From assembly GCA_047967505.1 (NCBI GenBank), contig CM106538.1: DNA of 64,000 nt; one strand, given 5' to 3'. The notes beneath the pieces were generated by a model that worked only from the letters and a program-made list of their open reading frames with translations, ran no database searches and was not told the DNA's origin. Source of the stretch: Dipteris shenzhenensis. Taxonomy: Eukaryota. Position 1 is the first letter of the stretch. Each line of letters starts with the position of its first letter. Positions 37,101 to 50,528 of this stretch are shown one piece after another. The position numbers and the translations under genes were made by a program.

Positions 37101-38739
37101 TTCCCTCGAATATCTCTGGCAAAGCGGGAGGTCTCGGGGGGGAAGTAGCAAACTGCAGTAAACAAATCCCGGCTATCCATGTGTTGAATCCGGATCCAGA
37201 GAAACCTGGAGTGTGGATCTCTCTGCTTCACTGAGATGGCCTCCAAAAGTGTGGATCTGTAAAGGACTGTCATTCTTCCTGACCCTCGAACCCCTCCTGT
37301 ATCCCTCGTCTCATCTCTGTAGGCAGACTCCCATGTATACCCGCTGACTACTGGTAGTGGGTGCTCTGGACTCTGATGTGTCTCTATGTAAAAGACTATG
37401 TCGTGACCTGTATAGGATTCCGAGAAGTTCCCTGGTTCTGACCATAAAGTACCATTACAGTTTCAGATGGTATAGGATAGGGTCTCGAATGTCTGGGTCT
37501 CATAGACCTCGCCTCCCTATGCGGGAGGAGAGGTGGGTGCCCAATGGGGGCCTGTAAGGAGTCGTCCATCTCGTACTACTGCCCACTTCCCCTCCTTGCG
37601 GACCTGATCCCGCTGCTGCAACAAAAAATGCCTCTCCTCAACTTGTAGTGGAGTGAGGTCCTCGTCCATGGAGATCGCTGGCTAGTCTCGCAAGGCTGAC
37701 CTACTACGTAAAGCTGAAAGTTGTGCCTAGGCATCATGGAACCGTATGATGATAAGGGGCTGCTCTCGGTTGGGATCCCTCCCAACCCGCCATGCTCTCT
37801 CAATCCTGTGCTCAGCCGCCCCTAGAGTAGTGGTCATGAAGGCCTGTGCATCTGCCATCAGGGTAGCCTCAGTGCGGGGAATCGCACGTACTCTGATGTT
37901 GAGAGCCTTGCTGGCTCTCTGCTGCTGCTCCAGGAGGGTAGCCGAAAACGGTTACCCTTGCAGGTTCTCGTTCGGCTACGTGCCTGCTCCTGGATGAAGC
38001 GTGTCTGCTCCTGTGCGAAGTGTGACAACTCCCTCTCGCGCTCTCGGATGCTCTGGACCTCCGTTAGCAAGTACTCCCAAGCCTCTGATGGGTCAACTCG
38101 TTCGTGCTTTAACGAAAATTGAAAGGACTGTGGCCTGAAAGTGTGAGGAAGAGTTTGGAGGTTGGGTGATGACTGGGTAAGATGGGTGTATGGGGATGAT
38201 GAGGAGATCCCAACAAGGTGAGGGAGCGTGGGCTGACTGAGAGGCAAAGGGGAGAGAAAGGTCAAGTAGTGTGGAACAGTGTATGACCCCTCCAAAGCAG
38301 GTGTCATAATCGGAGAGAGAGCTGTAGCACGGGAAGAAGGGAGAGATGGTGTCAGTGACAACTCCTCTATTCTAGGGGAGGATGGGGCAATCGATGTCAT
38401 GGGGTAGGGGTATTTCAAAGCCAGTAGCTGTAACTGTAGACGTTGTAGGCGGACGTGGAGCCGGAACTAGAACTAGAGCTGACACTGAGGCTGAAGCTAA
38501 GGCTGGCGCTGAGGTTGCGTATGAGGATGTAGCTTAGACCGAAGCTAAGACTAAAGCTGAGACTGAAGTTGAAGCTGAAGCTGTGGCTGAAGCTGAGGCA
38601 GAAGTGGATCCTGCCTTTGCTTTGCTGTCCACTCCATGTCCACTACGGTTGTAGCGTGTGTTCACACCTTCGAGTTTCAGCTGTGTCTGTTTTTTGGCTT
38701 TGTTGTCATCTTTCTTGGCGGCTTTATCCGTATCCTTAC

Positions 38740-41700
38740 TGTAGGTGCGGTCAGCGTGGGAGCAAGCACAAGAGTCGAAGCTGAAGGCTGTTACGTCAAC
38801 TAGAATGAAGAAAGGAAAGTACAAAGTACATGAAGATAGACCCTCGGACTAAGTGTCGTAGGTGTATAGGACTAAATGTCCTATGTGGCATAAAAGGCAC
38901 TAAAACACTAAAGTGCCTATAACTATGCCTACAAGGCACATACCAAGGCCCATAGGGCATCACTACGACCGGATGAAGATGGCCTACAAACCCCCCTTCA
39001 TGGTATGGGCTGAAGTATTCTAGAAACGTCTCAGAATACCTGGTATTTTCTGGTCACGGTGGCACATGTTCATCCAAAAGGATATAGCCACCTATGAATG
39101 TACAAGGTATGTCAGATCATGTAACAAAGGGAACCAAGTGTAAAGCCTGTCGGAAGACTTCGAACTTGGGACGAGGAAGTGTCTTTAGAAACATATCTGC
39201 TATGTTGTCCTCTGTGGGAAGGTAGGACAACTCTCTGTCTCCTGCTGACAACCGCTCTCAAACATAATGATAGTGAACTTCAATGTGCTTGGTACGCGCA
39301 TGAAACACTGGATTACACGCAATGGCCAAAGCACTCTGGCTATCAGTGTAGACCATAGTGGAGGATGTCTGGCGAATACCAAGATCTGTAAGTAATTGTC
39401 GAAGCCAGACACACTCTACTATAGCAGTGAAGGCTGCCTTGTACTCAACCTCACAGCTGGATGTGGCAACTGTTAGTTGCTTCTTGCTGAGCCAAGAGAT
39501 ACATGAATTGCCAAGCAAAAAACAATTGCTGGTATGTGAAACTTTGGTGTCAGAACAACCTGCCCAGTCACTATCCGTGCAAGCATGCATGGTAAGTGAA
39601 CCCTGATCACCGTAGAAAAGGGCTAAATCCTGAGTGCCTCTGAGATATCTGAAGACTCTCTTCACTGCCTACCAATGCTGTGAACTGGGCATGTGCATGA
39701 ACCTGTTGAGCTGGGATACTGCATACTATAAGTCAGGTCTGGTGTGGCATAAGTAAATTACACATCCAACAGCCTGCTGGTAAAGAGTGATATCACATGG
39801 TGGCTCCCATCATGAGCTGAAAATTTGAGGCCAGGGTCTACTAGAGTAGAGATTGGCTTGCAATCCTCAAACTGAAAACGATCAAGGAGCTGTCCGATAT
39901 ACTTGGACTGTGACATCATGATACCCCCCTCAACATGAGCAAACTGAATGCCCAAATAATAGTGCAGCTCTCCGTGACATTTCAAAAGCTTGCTGCAAAT
40001 CAGCCTTTGAAAGCTGCAATATGCTAAGTATTAGGGCCCATGATCAGCATGTCATCCACATATAAAATCAGCACTAAAAAATCAGATCCACTCCCACGGA
40101 CATAAAGAGTGGGCTCTGTGGGGCTATTCTGAAAGCCAAAATTTATTGGGCAAGGACTTGGCCTTAAGCATGCATCTGGCCATCTCCATAGTGGACCCAT
40201 TCTTCCTTTCAGGAACAGGATTATGCTGAGGAGTGTAAGGAGTAGTGCATGAGTCAACAATGCCCCGTGAAGACAAAAATGCATCAAACTCCTTTGACAT
40301 ATACTCTCCCCCCCCATCTGTGTTTAGGGTGACAAGCTTGCATCCTGATTCATTCTCAACCATATTCAGCCACCTTTGAAAGCATGAGAACACTTCAGAT
40401 TTGGCTTTTAAAGCATATACCCAGCAATATCTTGTGAAGTCACATCAATGAGAGTCATGAAATATTTGTACCCCCTAATGGCATTTAACTTCATTGGGCC
40501 ACAGGCATCATTGTGCATGAGCTTCAATTTCCTTTGTGAGAATTTTGGACAATTCTTTTGAAAAGGAAACCGATGCATCTTGCCCAAAAGAAAACCCTCA
40601 CAAACATGTTTGGAAACTGTGCGAGTTTGAGGTACATCATTTGCCATGCCCTGTGAATGTAACTTGCAAGAGCTCTATAATTGAGATGACCCATTCTCTC
40701 ATGCCAAAGATGAGTTTAAGCAAGCTGTGAATCTGAAATAGCAAATGCTTCAATAGAGAGTGCAGCTGAGTGATCATCAAGGTGATAAAGCCCCTTTTTC
40801 AATGTGCCAGTGAGAACTATGGCATTGTCATCACGAAGATCTTATACCAGGCATGTGTATCCATCAAAAACCGAAGTGGCAATTGCTGAAATTGAAATCA
40901 AGTTGACTTCAATTCCGGGCACAAAAAGAACATTAGTCAAAGTGACAGAATGGCTTGAAATGGATGTGAGCTGCACATCTCCAGTTCCTTTTACAGCATA
41001 GGAAGCTTTATTAGCACATGTGGCAGTCCCCCCTCGGGGTGCATTAGCTAAGGAATGAAACAACTATTTGCAAGATGTCATCCTAGAGAGCATGTGCATG
41101 TGAGGCATCTGCTCGCTCGTGGGATTCAATTGCATGTGAAGCATTAACTGTCAATCTTGCTTTCTTTTTCTCCGAAGTAATGCGCTTCTTGCATTCTGAA
41201 ATTTCATGCAGTGGCTTGAGACAATAGTTGCATCTTTTCTTCTTTGACTTATCTGCTGTATTTTTAGATGCATTGGAGGAATTGCCACTGTTAGGCGCAT
41301 ATCTAGGCTTGCTTGGAAGCCTTGCCTTTTCTTGTCTGTTGTGAAGCAAATGCATGATCAGGAATAGTAGCTTGCCTATTCGCACGACTTTGCTCTTCCT
41401 GCAAAAGAAGAGTAACTACGTGATCAAAAGAGTAGTGGTCTGGATTACCCATGGCCACTAATCGAAGGGTTGTAGCAAAACCTTGATATGTATTTGGCAG
41501 TCCATTCGATGTGGTACTGACAAGCTGAGAATTTGGCACTACCTCATTAATATTGGCAAGTTGTTCCATGAGGTCCTTGACCTTTGTCAGGTATGCATCC
41601 ATAGAGTCGCCTTCATTCATACTAACTTCCTGCAATTGCCTTCTTAAATATGCAACACGTGCCTCATTGCAAATCTGATAAAGAGAAGCCAATTTGTCCC

Positions 41701-43279
41701 AAGCATCCTTTGCTGTACTGCAAGACCGGATGTGTGGAATAATGATTCTCTTGCATGATAAAGCAATACAGGAATGTGCATTTGCATCTCTTGCATCCCA
41801 TCTTGTTTGTTCCTGAGTTGGAGGAGCAGCAGCAAGGGTGCTAGAGGATAAAGCATCAGGAGGGGTACCCTCTGTAGAGGGACCAGCAGTAGGGGTAGCC
41901 ACTCTAGCATTGGCTGGCCTCAGATCAACCCCAGAAACAATATTCTAAAAATGCCTTGCAACAAGAATATGTTTCATGAGATAAGACCACATCGGATAGT
42001 TGGTGCCATCCAACTTATCATCTTCACGAAGAATGCCAAATAGATCATGATTGTTGCTAGCCATTGCAAATGCGATACCTTGAAAAGAAAAGACCTAAAA
42101 ACACAAAAGCCTCAAGGCTATCACTGCAAAGGGCTGGCTGTCCAAAAAATGACAGCAAATGTTTGCAAGTAAATGTTTTGCAAATTTCCAGCCCAAATTA
42201 AAGGGCAAATGCAAATTTGACCCAAATGTGATTGTGTCAGGCAATGACCACTGCAAAAATCAGCAAATCTGGCAAAAGCCCCAAATGTGATGAGGGCAAA
42301 AAAAGCCAGAAAGAGGGCAAATACAAAAAAGCCCCAAATTTTGCTGAGATTTTGCAAATGTGACCCAATGTCTTGCAATCTGACCCAATGTCCTGCAAAT
42401 GTGACTGAATGTCTTGCAAATGTGACCCAATGTCCTGTAATCTCAACAAGAAATCGCAATTTAAATCCCAAAGCTCCAATGTCTTGCAAGAAGTTGCAAC
42501 CAAAAGAGGGAAAAGTACAGAAAATCCCAAATTTGCCAATGTCTTGCAAAAGCCCCAAAACTGCAAATGTCTGTAGATGACTGCAGTGAGACCCAAAAAA
42601 AAGGTATAGCAAGCAAGAACCAATAACCTAGTTCACAGCCAATGCCTAAACAGGAACGGAACCTGTAGATAGATTTGCACATGTGAAACCTATACGGAAC
42701 GCCCGAAGCAGGAACAAGCTGTACGGACAGAGGTATGCCTGCAGGTACGCTTGTACAAAAGCAAGTGCACCTGTACGGAAGGCAAGTACATGTGTATTGT
42801 ACATGCATAGTTTGTATGATGCAAGTACAATTGTACGGCGCATGTATGTATGCAAGTACGGTTGGCGTTGAACTGCAAGTAGAAGGACAGTTGACGGAAA
42901 ACACGAGGCTGTACGGTAAAGCACGTGACCTGTACGGATTGTACGGATGGGGGTGCAACTTGAGCTGGGATTAGGGAGCAATGCAGGTCCGGGGGTAGGG
43001 GAGCAGGTCCTAGGAGCTCTGATACCACTATAGGTGCGGTGAGCGTGGGAGCAAGCACAAGAGTCAAAGTTGAAGGCTGTCACGTCAACTAGAATGAAGT
43101 AAGGAAAGTACAAAGTACATGAAGATAGACCCTAGGACTAAGTGTATTAGGTGTCACATAGGACTAAATGTCCTATGTGGCATAAAAGGCACTAAAACAC
43201 TAAAGTGCCTATAACTAGCCTACAAGGCACATACCAAGGCCCATAGGGCATCACTACGACCGAGAGAAGATGGCCTACA
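38740..43279 (-). mobile_element. Copia element with LTRs 38740-38988 and 43029-43279, TSD CTTAC; multiple internal deletions
   Basis: PBS 43016-43027, PPT after 38988, gag CNYCLKPLHEISEC. Integrase is fused directly to late RT at ~40125. Confidence 0.95.
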
Positions 43280-43494
43280 CTTACCACCTTTTCCCATTTT
43301 GTTTGATTGACCCGTGTTCGGTGTGGGTCTTAGTGCAAGAGCGGGAGTAGGAGTGGGAGCATGAGCTCCCTCCCCATGATGGGAGGTATCCCCAGGGGGC
43401 TGAAAAGAGGGGGGGAGCGGGAGAGCTCAATGGATGATTGCCCCTTGTCTCTCTTTCCTATTCTTCTTGATGTGCTTGATTTTCTCAGGAACTG

Positions 43495-43540
43495 GCTCTG
43501 ATACCAACTGACATGACCCCAGCACTCTTGAAACCTCTGA
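43495..43540 (-). mobile_element. Orphan LTR 3' tip plus tRNA-iMet PBS
   Basis: ...GTCATGTCA-GT-TGGTATCAGAGC on the minus strand (PBS 43495-43506). Confidence 0.6.
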
Positions 43541-43542
43541 CC

Positions 43543-43747
43543 TTTGATGACCTTGTGGGTTCCTTTGATCACGTACATATCAAGGTCTCCTCTGGCATGT
43601 AATACGGTGTATTCGAACTTTGATGTTATTTCTGTTGTTTGCCTCTATTTTTTCTAGCCTCGCCACATAGGAGGGTTTCTCGGGATCAAAAGCACAATCT
43701 CCCACTTTGACAACCTTGTGGGTTCCTTTGATCACGTATGTATCAAG
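43543..43747 (-). pseudogene. Fragment of an EBS/SHL-family BAH-PHD gene (BAH N-terminus) with partial duplicate
   Basis: LDTYVIKGTHKVVKVGDC..DPEKPSYVARLEKIEANNRNNIKVRIH, then YYMPEET after a frameshift. This closely parallels EBS as recalled (LDSYTIKGTNKVVRAGDC...KPPYVARVEKIEADARNNVKV...WYYRPEES). Confidence 0.8.
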
Positions 43748-44584
43748 GTGAGGAGATGGGCTGAGCATTTGAAGGAGGAGGAGACGAAAGCCTCTCTCTC
43801 TCTCTCTCTCTTGGGGTCTCTCTATATCTATCTAGCAATTCTCCTTTCTATCTAGCAATTCTTCCACTCCCAAGGTCATGTAGCAAGGCGATTGTGTGAA
43901 AGCCAAGGTACTCTGCAACAGGGCCCTGAGAAGGGCGCAATGACATCAGCAGAGTACGGACCCACTGTACGGGGCTGTACGGAGGCCTATTGGCTGGAGG
44001 GCTGTACGGAGGCCTATTGGCTGGAGGACAGGGCTAATGGTGTCCTGGCTGAAGGCAGGATCTGCAGTGGCCAAAGGCGTCTGCATGGCAGAGCCTTTGG
44101 GCCTTGTATGGAGCCTGCAACAGGTCGAGAACAGGGCCAGCAGGTGGGCAGATTGCTTGGGCCCATGGCGCGCTGCAACGAACAGCCCCCAACCAGGTCG
44201 GTTTACAGATTGGGGGGGGAGGGGGGCAGACTGGTCGGCCCAAACAGACCCTAAAAGTCGGCCCTACCAGGTCTGTTGGTTCAAGGGCCTTGTGCCCTAT
44301 AAAAGGAGAGGCCCCTTGGCCTCATTTTACATCTTCTGGAGCAGCAAAACACCAACAGTCAGGAGCAGCATGAGACCTACTCTTGGAGCCTATTCGTGGA
44401 GGACCAGGAGAGAAGAAAGAGCTGCAGACTGAGCTTGAAGGGCTGCCTACCTAGGCTGACACTCAGGGCAGCCAGGTAGAGAAGAACACTTTGGACAGAG
44501 AGTCTACATACGCTTGAGGTGGAGCAAGCGGGCTCAGAGATCTAGAAGTGCTTCACATCTAGTAGGAGAACCTTTTGGTATTGT

Positions 44585-47500
44585 TGTGAACAAAAATGGA
44601 GTGCAAGAGTGAAAGTGAGCAAACGTTAAGTGTAGTGAATAGAATAGTGGAATAAAGTGAGTACAAAGAAAGAGTGAGGGGTTTTGTCTCAATGACAAAA
44701 CCCTATCCTATCCACTAACCGTAGTTAGGGATTGGACAGTGGTTAGGGGGAAAAACCTCAATGAGGGAAAAGTGCCCCTAACCTACTTATTACAATACAT
44801 TGGCCACTGCCTAGAATATGATAATAGTCCTAACACCCCCCTACAGTGCCAATGTGGTGTACAAGGTAGTGATCAATCGCCAAAAGGAGATAAGTTTAGG
44901 GCACTGCGAAATGCCTCAAACTTCTCATGTGGAACTGCTTTGGTGAAGATGTCTGCAACATTGTCATGTGTTGACACATAGATCATATTGATCTCCCCTG
45001 CATGCAACTTCTCTCTGACATAATGATAATGAACCTCAATGTGCTTCCTGCAAGCATGAAACACATGATTGTTTGCACTGCCATAGCACTCTGACTATCA
45101 ATGAGAATTAGAGAAGGACCCTCCAAAAAAAGACGAAGATCAGCGAACAAACGACACAGCCCAATGCATTCAACTGTCGTTGTGAAAGCTTCCCTGTACT
45201 CAGCTTCACATGAGGAAGTCGCCACTGTAGATTGCATCTTGCTCAACCAAGAAATGCAAGCTTTGCCCAAAAAGAAACAATTACCACTAGTGGACTACCT
45301 GGTAATAGGTATCATAGTCTCCAGCCCAATCTGAATCACTGTAAGCATGCATCTCCAAGTCACCCCCCTTGGGAAACATCAAGCCAAAAGACTTTGTGCC
45401 TTGCAAATAACGGAAGATGCGTTTTACAGCCTGCTAATGTGTTGTCTTTGGGTTGTGCATATACCTACTCACCTGAGATACTGCATACTGAATATCGGGC
45501 ATAGTATTGCACAAATAGATGAGGCATCCAACAGCCTGGCTATAAAGTGTGACATCTACTGATTGACCTGCATCATACATAGTAAGCTTCAGCCCTACCG
45601 GCTCCATGGCAGTGGCTATAGGCTTACAATCATGCATGTTGAACCTATCCAAGAGCTTCTGCACATACTGGATTGAGACATAACGATGCCACGCTTGTCT
45701 TGTATAAATTGGATCCCCAAATAAAAATTTAACATGCCCAAATCTGTCATGTCAAATTCAGCTTTCAACTCAGCTTTGAAATTTGCAATTGTTTCCTCAT
45801 TTGACCCTGTGAGCAGCATGTCATCTACATAAAGAATGATGACCAAGATATCCCCCCCATCCTTCTTGACGTAGAGGGTGCTTTCCGTCGGACTATTATC
45901 CCCCCCATCCTTCTTGGCATACCATGCATGTGGGGCTTGTTTCAGCCCATACAAAGCTTTGTTCCGCTTGCAAACCAGAAATGCATCCCAGAAAGTTTAA
46001 ATCTAGGAGGTTGTTTGACATAAACCTCTTCTTGCAAGTCCCCATTAAGGAAAGCTGTTTTTATGTCCAACTGATGGACATTTCAAACAAAATTTGCAGC
46101 CATGGTAATAACTGACCTTATGGTGGTCATCTGGGATGTAGAAGCAAAAGTCTCCTCATAATCTATGCCCTTCTTCTGTGCATAGCCTTCAGCAACCAGC
46201 CTTGCCTTGTACCTGTCAATGGACCCATCTGGTTTCCGTTTCACTTTGAAAACCCACTTGGTACCAATGGCATGCTTACCTGGTGGCAAATCTACAACAT
46301 CCCAAGTCTGATTTTTCTCAATGGATTGCAATTCATTGTGCATGGCATGCATCCAATGCACATTATCCTTTGCTTCTTTAGAAGAGTCAGGTCTTCTTCA
46401 TCAAGAAGAGTACTTGCATAAGCTGTCTCAACTGAAAGAGCTGCCCCTGTGTACCTTACTGCACTATGAGTCCTGCCAGGCAATGGTGCCTCAAGCCTAC
46501 TCTCCCTGAGAGTTTGTAGCAACCAATTCGGGACTGTTTACCACAGACATCACTGTGTATGAGCTGTAATTTTCAAGTAGCTCTTACTGCACCATCCTTT
46601 CATTAAGCTGCCATAGCCCATGTGCCCATACCTGGCATGCCATAACTCCGCATTTTGCATCGCAGCAGTGGGAGTGCTCACTGAAAGTGCAAGATCGGAT
46701 CTTTTCTCATATATGTCAAGTGAAAAAGACCCCGATACAAGGTGCCAGACAACATCAAAGCATAGTCATTCTCTTTGTCTCTGACTGCGCACTTAGCATC
46801 ATTGAATATAACATGAAATCCTCCTCTATTGAGAGAGGACACTGAAAGCAAATTATTTTTTATACCTTGCACATAAAGAACATCTGAAATTCTGAAATCT
46901 TTGCCATCAGTGGATGTGAGGATGATGTCCCCCACTCCACACACCGAATAAGAATATTTATTTGCACAAGTCACCTTCTTTTTAGTAGGTGGAGGAAGTA
47001 GAGATGTAAAAGGACTCTTCTTAGAAGTGATGTGCTTAGAAGCACCACTATCAAAATACCAAGTATTCACTGTCTCATTGACATTGAGAGAGCACGCATC
47101 CTTTGAAGGATCATAATTGCAAGCCAAGAAAGCATATTGATCATCCTCAATAGTGGCTGTAGTATCTGAAGTATCCACTAAAAAAATATGAAATGCAAGA
47201 CAAAAAGGCATAGTGCTCTTCCCTGAAGTTGGCTGTAACATTCCCTCCATCATGTGCATTAGGAGCCGATGCATTTGACACAGCCATACCGGAATCCCTT
47301 TTCGCGCTTCATTCATTCACCAATATAATGACCTGGCTTCTTGCAGTAGTGACAAATGCCCTTCTTTTTAGGCTTATTTGCATCACCCTTAGCCTTATAA
47401 GAGGGCTGTCTTGAATCAGCTTTATGCTGATGTGCGGGCTGATTGGCATGTTGCTTTTGCTGCTCTTTTCCTTTGGGCTTAAACTTAGAAAGCATGGCAT

Positions 47501-49313
47501 GCTCGCCAGCCCTTGTTGCCATATTTCTTTTTGTCTGCTCTTCGTGCAACTTCATCTATATTTAGCAACTGCTCCCTCAAATCTTGAAGCTTTGTGAGGT
47601 GAGCATTCATGGAATCTCCCTCATCCATATGCGTATGAGATAGCTCTCTCTTCAGGAAGGAAACTCTGGCATCATTTCTTGCTTCAAACATACTCTGTAA
47701 TATCTCCCAAGCTGCCTTTGAGGTCTTGCATGACCGAATGTGAGGAATAATGAACCTCTTGACAGAAAGAGAAATCAGAGATAGAGGTTGTGCATCTCTA
47801 GAATCCCATCTTTTCTGCTTTGCTCTGCTGTGGGAGCCACTGGAGCAGCAGTTACTCCAATTACTTGTGCTGCATTTTGACCTCTACCCCTGCCTCCAGC
47901 GGTAGGAGTGACAGGTGTAGCCGTAGAATCTGGCCTTGCCTCATCTCTATTGACATAATCCCAGAGATGTCTGCCAACCAAGATGTTGCGTACCATAAAA
48001 CTCCACAAGGAGTAGTTGGTGCCATCCAACTTATCGTCACTGTGTGAGGACTCCAAACACCCCATTGGGGTTCTTCTAAGCCATTTTTGCCATGGCTGGC
48101 ATTTTGAGAATTGCACAAATATGAGGCTTTTAGTTCATTTGTCCCTTTCAGGTGCAATTTCTTGGAGAAATTTTGGGCTTTTGCATTTCGGATGCAATTT
48201 GGCAGTTGAAAGAGCATTTGGGAGATTTGCAAGCAGTTTTGGACTCAGTGTGAGTCAAATTGCAGACTTTTGCCACTTTTTGCATATTTTCTTTGCAAAT
48301 TTTTGGGCATTCGCAAAGCATTGTGGTGCATTTCAAGCCTTTGATAGGCTGTGATAGTAATTGTCACTGTGGGCAGATTTTCTTTGGCAGACATTGGTTG
48401 TGCATTTTTCATCCCAAGAAGGGATTTTACTAGTTCAGTTTGCTGTGTTTTTTGAGTTTATCAACAATGGCTCACTGCACAAATGCCTGGCAAAAACACA
48501 TGCAAGATTCACCTGCAAGGAAAACTCTGCAAATGACCACCCTTCCACAGTACCCTGCAAAAGGCACCCTGTTCAAAAAAACTGCAACAGTCCATACTGT
48601 ACGGACTGTTGCAGTTTTTTTGAACAGGGTGCCTTTGCAGGGTACTCCAGTACGGATTGTACGGCTGTACGGCTGAAGTGCTGACTATTGTACGAAAACC
48701 ATACATATGTACAGACGACGAAGCTGCTTGGTATGGAATGCAGGACTGTCGTACAGAAATGCAGGGTGTACAAACAATACGGTGGTACAGTTCGCACGTG
48801 CGACGCTGACATGTACAGATGACGACGGGCTTGAATGCTGGCTGGTATGGGATGTACGGCCGTATGGAATGCAATAGTACGGGTTGTAAGGTGGCGCAGA
48901 GTGGTACAGATGGTAGCGCATAGTGGTATGGGCAGGCAGTACGAAATCCATGCAGTTGTATAGACTGTACAGAATGGAGGTTGCGAGCTGGAGCTGGAGG
49001 ACGGGAGCTGAAGGCAGTTGTATAGCAGGAGCAAGAGCTGGGAAAACCCGCTCTGATACCAAATGTGAACAAAAATGGAGAGCAAGAGTGAGAGTGAGCA
49101 AATGTAAGTGTATTGAATAGAATAGTGGAATGAAGTGAGTACAAAGAAAGAGTGAGGGGTTTTGTCCAAGTGACAAAACCCTATCCTATCCACTAACCGT
49201 AGTTAGGGATTGGATTGTGGTTAGGGGGAAAAACCTCAATGAGGAAAAAGTGCTCCTAACCTTCTTATTACAATACATTGGCCACTGCCTAGAATATGAT
49301 AATAATTCTAACA
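44585..49313 (-). mobile_element. Copia element with LTRs 44585-44835 and 49064-49313, TSD ATTGT; integrase core deleted
   Basis: PBS 49050-49061, WYFDSGAS, YKARLVAEG, LYVDDML. Related to the 18337-23904 element. Confidence 0.96.
48549..48646. repeat. 98-bp near-perfect palindrome
   Basis: AGTACCCTGCAAA(A)GGCACCCTGTTCAAAAAAACTGCAACAGTCC is mirrored around position 48598. Confidence 0.92.
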
Positions 49314-50187
49314 ATTGTATCCTGTCCTACTTTATGGACGGACAGAAATATAAAGTGTTGCTTCTATATTTGTCTCTGGCTTGCATATATATGCACATTA
49401 AGTTAAGAAGTTTGTGATTCCACACCCCACACCACACTGTGTGAGCTCCTGGGCAATTCTATCAGTCTTCCGCTGTGCGTACCCTCTGTTGGGTAATTTC
49501 TAACATGGTATTCAGAAGCTCTTGGGAATTGAATTCCACGACTGGGGGACAGTGCCCTTGCGAGGAGGGTGACTCAGGTTCAGTCAAGTGCATTCAGAGT
49601 TATAGTCTACTGAAGATTGAGTTTGGTTGACTTTGTTGTGTTGTTAAGCAGTAGAGATGTCGACCTCTACAGCCTCTTCAACCCCTGCTCTCCCTTCCTT
49701 CCCCCCCTAGTTTTCTTTTATTCACTATTTCTAACTTTGGAGAGTCTAGGAAACTGGACGGGACCAACTACCTGATCTCTAAGGTGAAGATCTGGAGTTA
49801 TTTAGTGGCTTGGCAGCTATGGAAACTGACAACGGGAGTGGAGGCGAAGCCGGAGGACATGGTGGACAGACAGGGGAAGATACTCATGGTAGTAGATAGA
49901 GAGGAGCTCGAAGCTTGGGAAGACAGAGATGCCCATGCCCTGGCATTGATCATAGGGACTACGGTGGACTCCGTGCTTCCTCATATCCAGATGGTCGAGA
50001 CGTTAGTAGAGGCGTGGGTCACTTTGAAGGATTTGTACGAGACAGACAATACCTCCCATATTTTGCTTCTTCAGCATCAGCTCTACAATCTTGATATGGA
50101 AGAGGGAGATTCGGTACATAGCCACTTGACGAAGCTCAAGGTGGCAAGGGATCAGCTGGCATCAGTTGGTCAGAAGGTGGACTCATG

Positions 50188-50528
50188 GCATATTTGGAGA
50201 GCCAGATGTACAGAGGCTTTGGAGGACTCCCACGTTCATCCTTCTCACACTATGGCCAGTATTTGGGCAAATACTATACACACTTTGATGGCCATTTGGG
50301 CGAACATACCGGGAACCTCCAGGATTGCTACTGCTAGGATGGTTGCTTTTCCTAGAGTCTGCTCTCTTTTAGGGATGAGGTGGCATTTTCAGCCGCCACC
50401 CGAGATTTTTGTTTGCTCATTCTGAGCTGTTTTTTCTCATGCTTGACATGATGTACTCCCGCACTTGAGCTTGCTCTGTGGTTTTTATTCATACTTAAAG
50501 AAGTACTTTTCTTAGGAAAAAAAAAAAA
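50188..50528 (+). mobile_element. 5'-truncated L1 insertion with poly(A), TSD GTGGACTCATG
   Basis: TSD at 50177-50187 and 50529-50539, A12 tail, interrupts gag. Confidence 0.9.

Larger units (their letters stand above)
26100..43440 (-). mobile_element. RTEX-like LINE (ORF1+ORF2, decayed) carrying nested insertions
   Basis: ORF1 ATG at 43297 (MGKGGKDTDKAAKK, rejoined across a Copia). Endonuclease 36500-37500, RT CFVDFRKAF at ~35630, HLDALQSFCESHDLKVNLGKTK rejoined across the L1, C-terminal HFIFKCPVYYEIR at ~26370. Confidence 0.85.

Noticed and set aside
45849-45915. Duplicated KKDGGD in Copia RT as a novel motif
   Set aside because: A local ~19-bp duplication replacing native sequence in a decayed copy.
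50177-50187. Shared TCATG in both L1 TSDs as a target preference
   Set aside because: Only two sites, with the motif at different positions relative to the nick.
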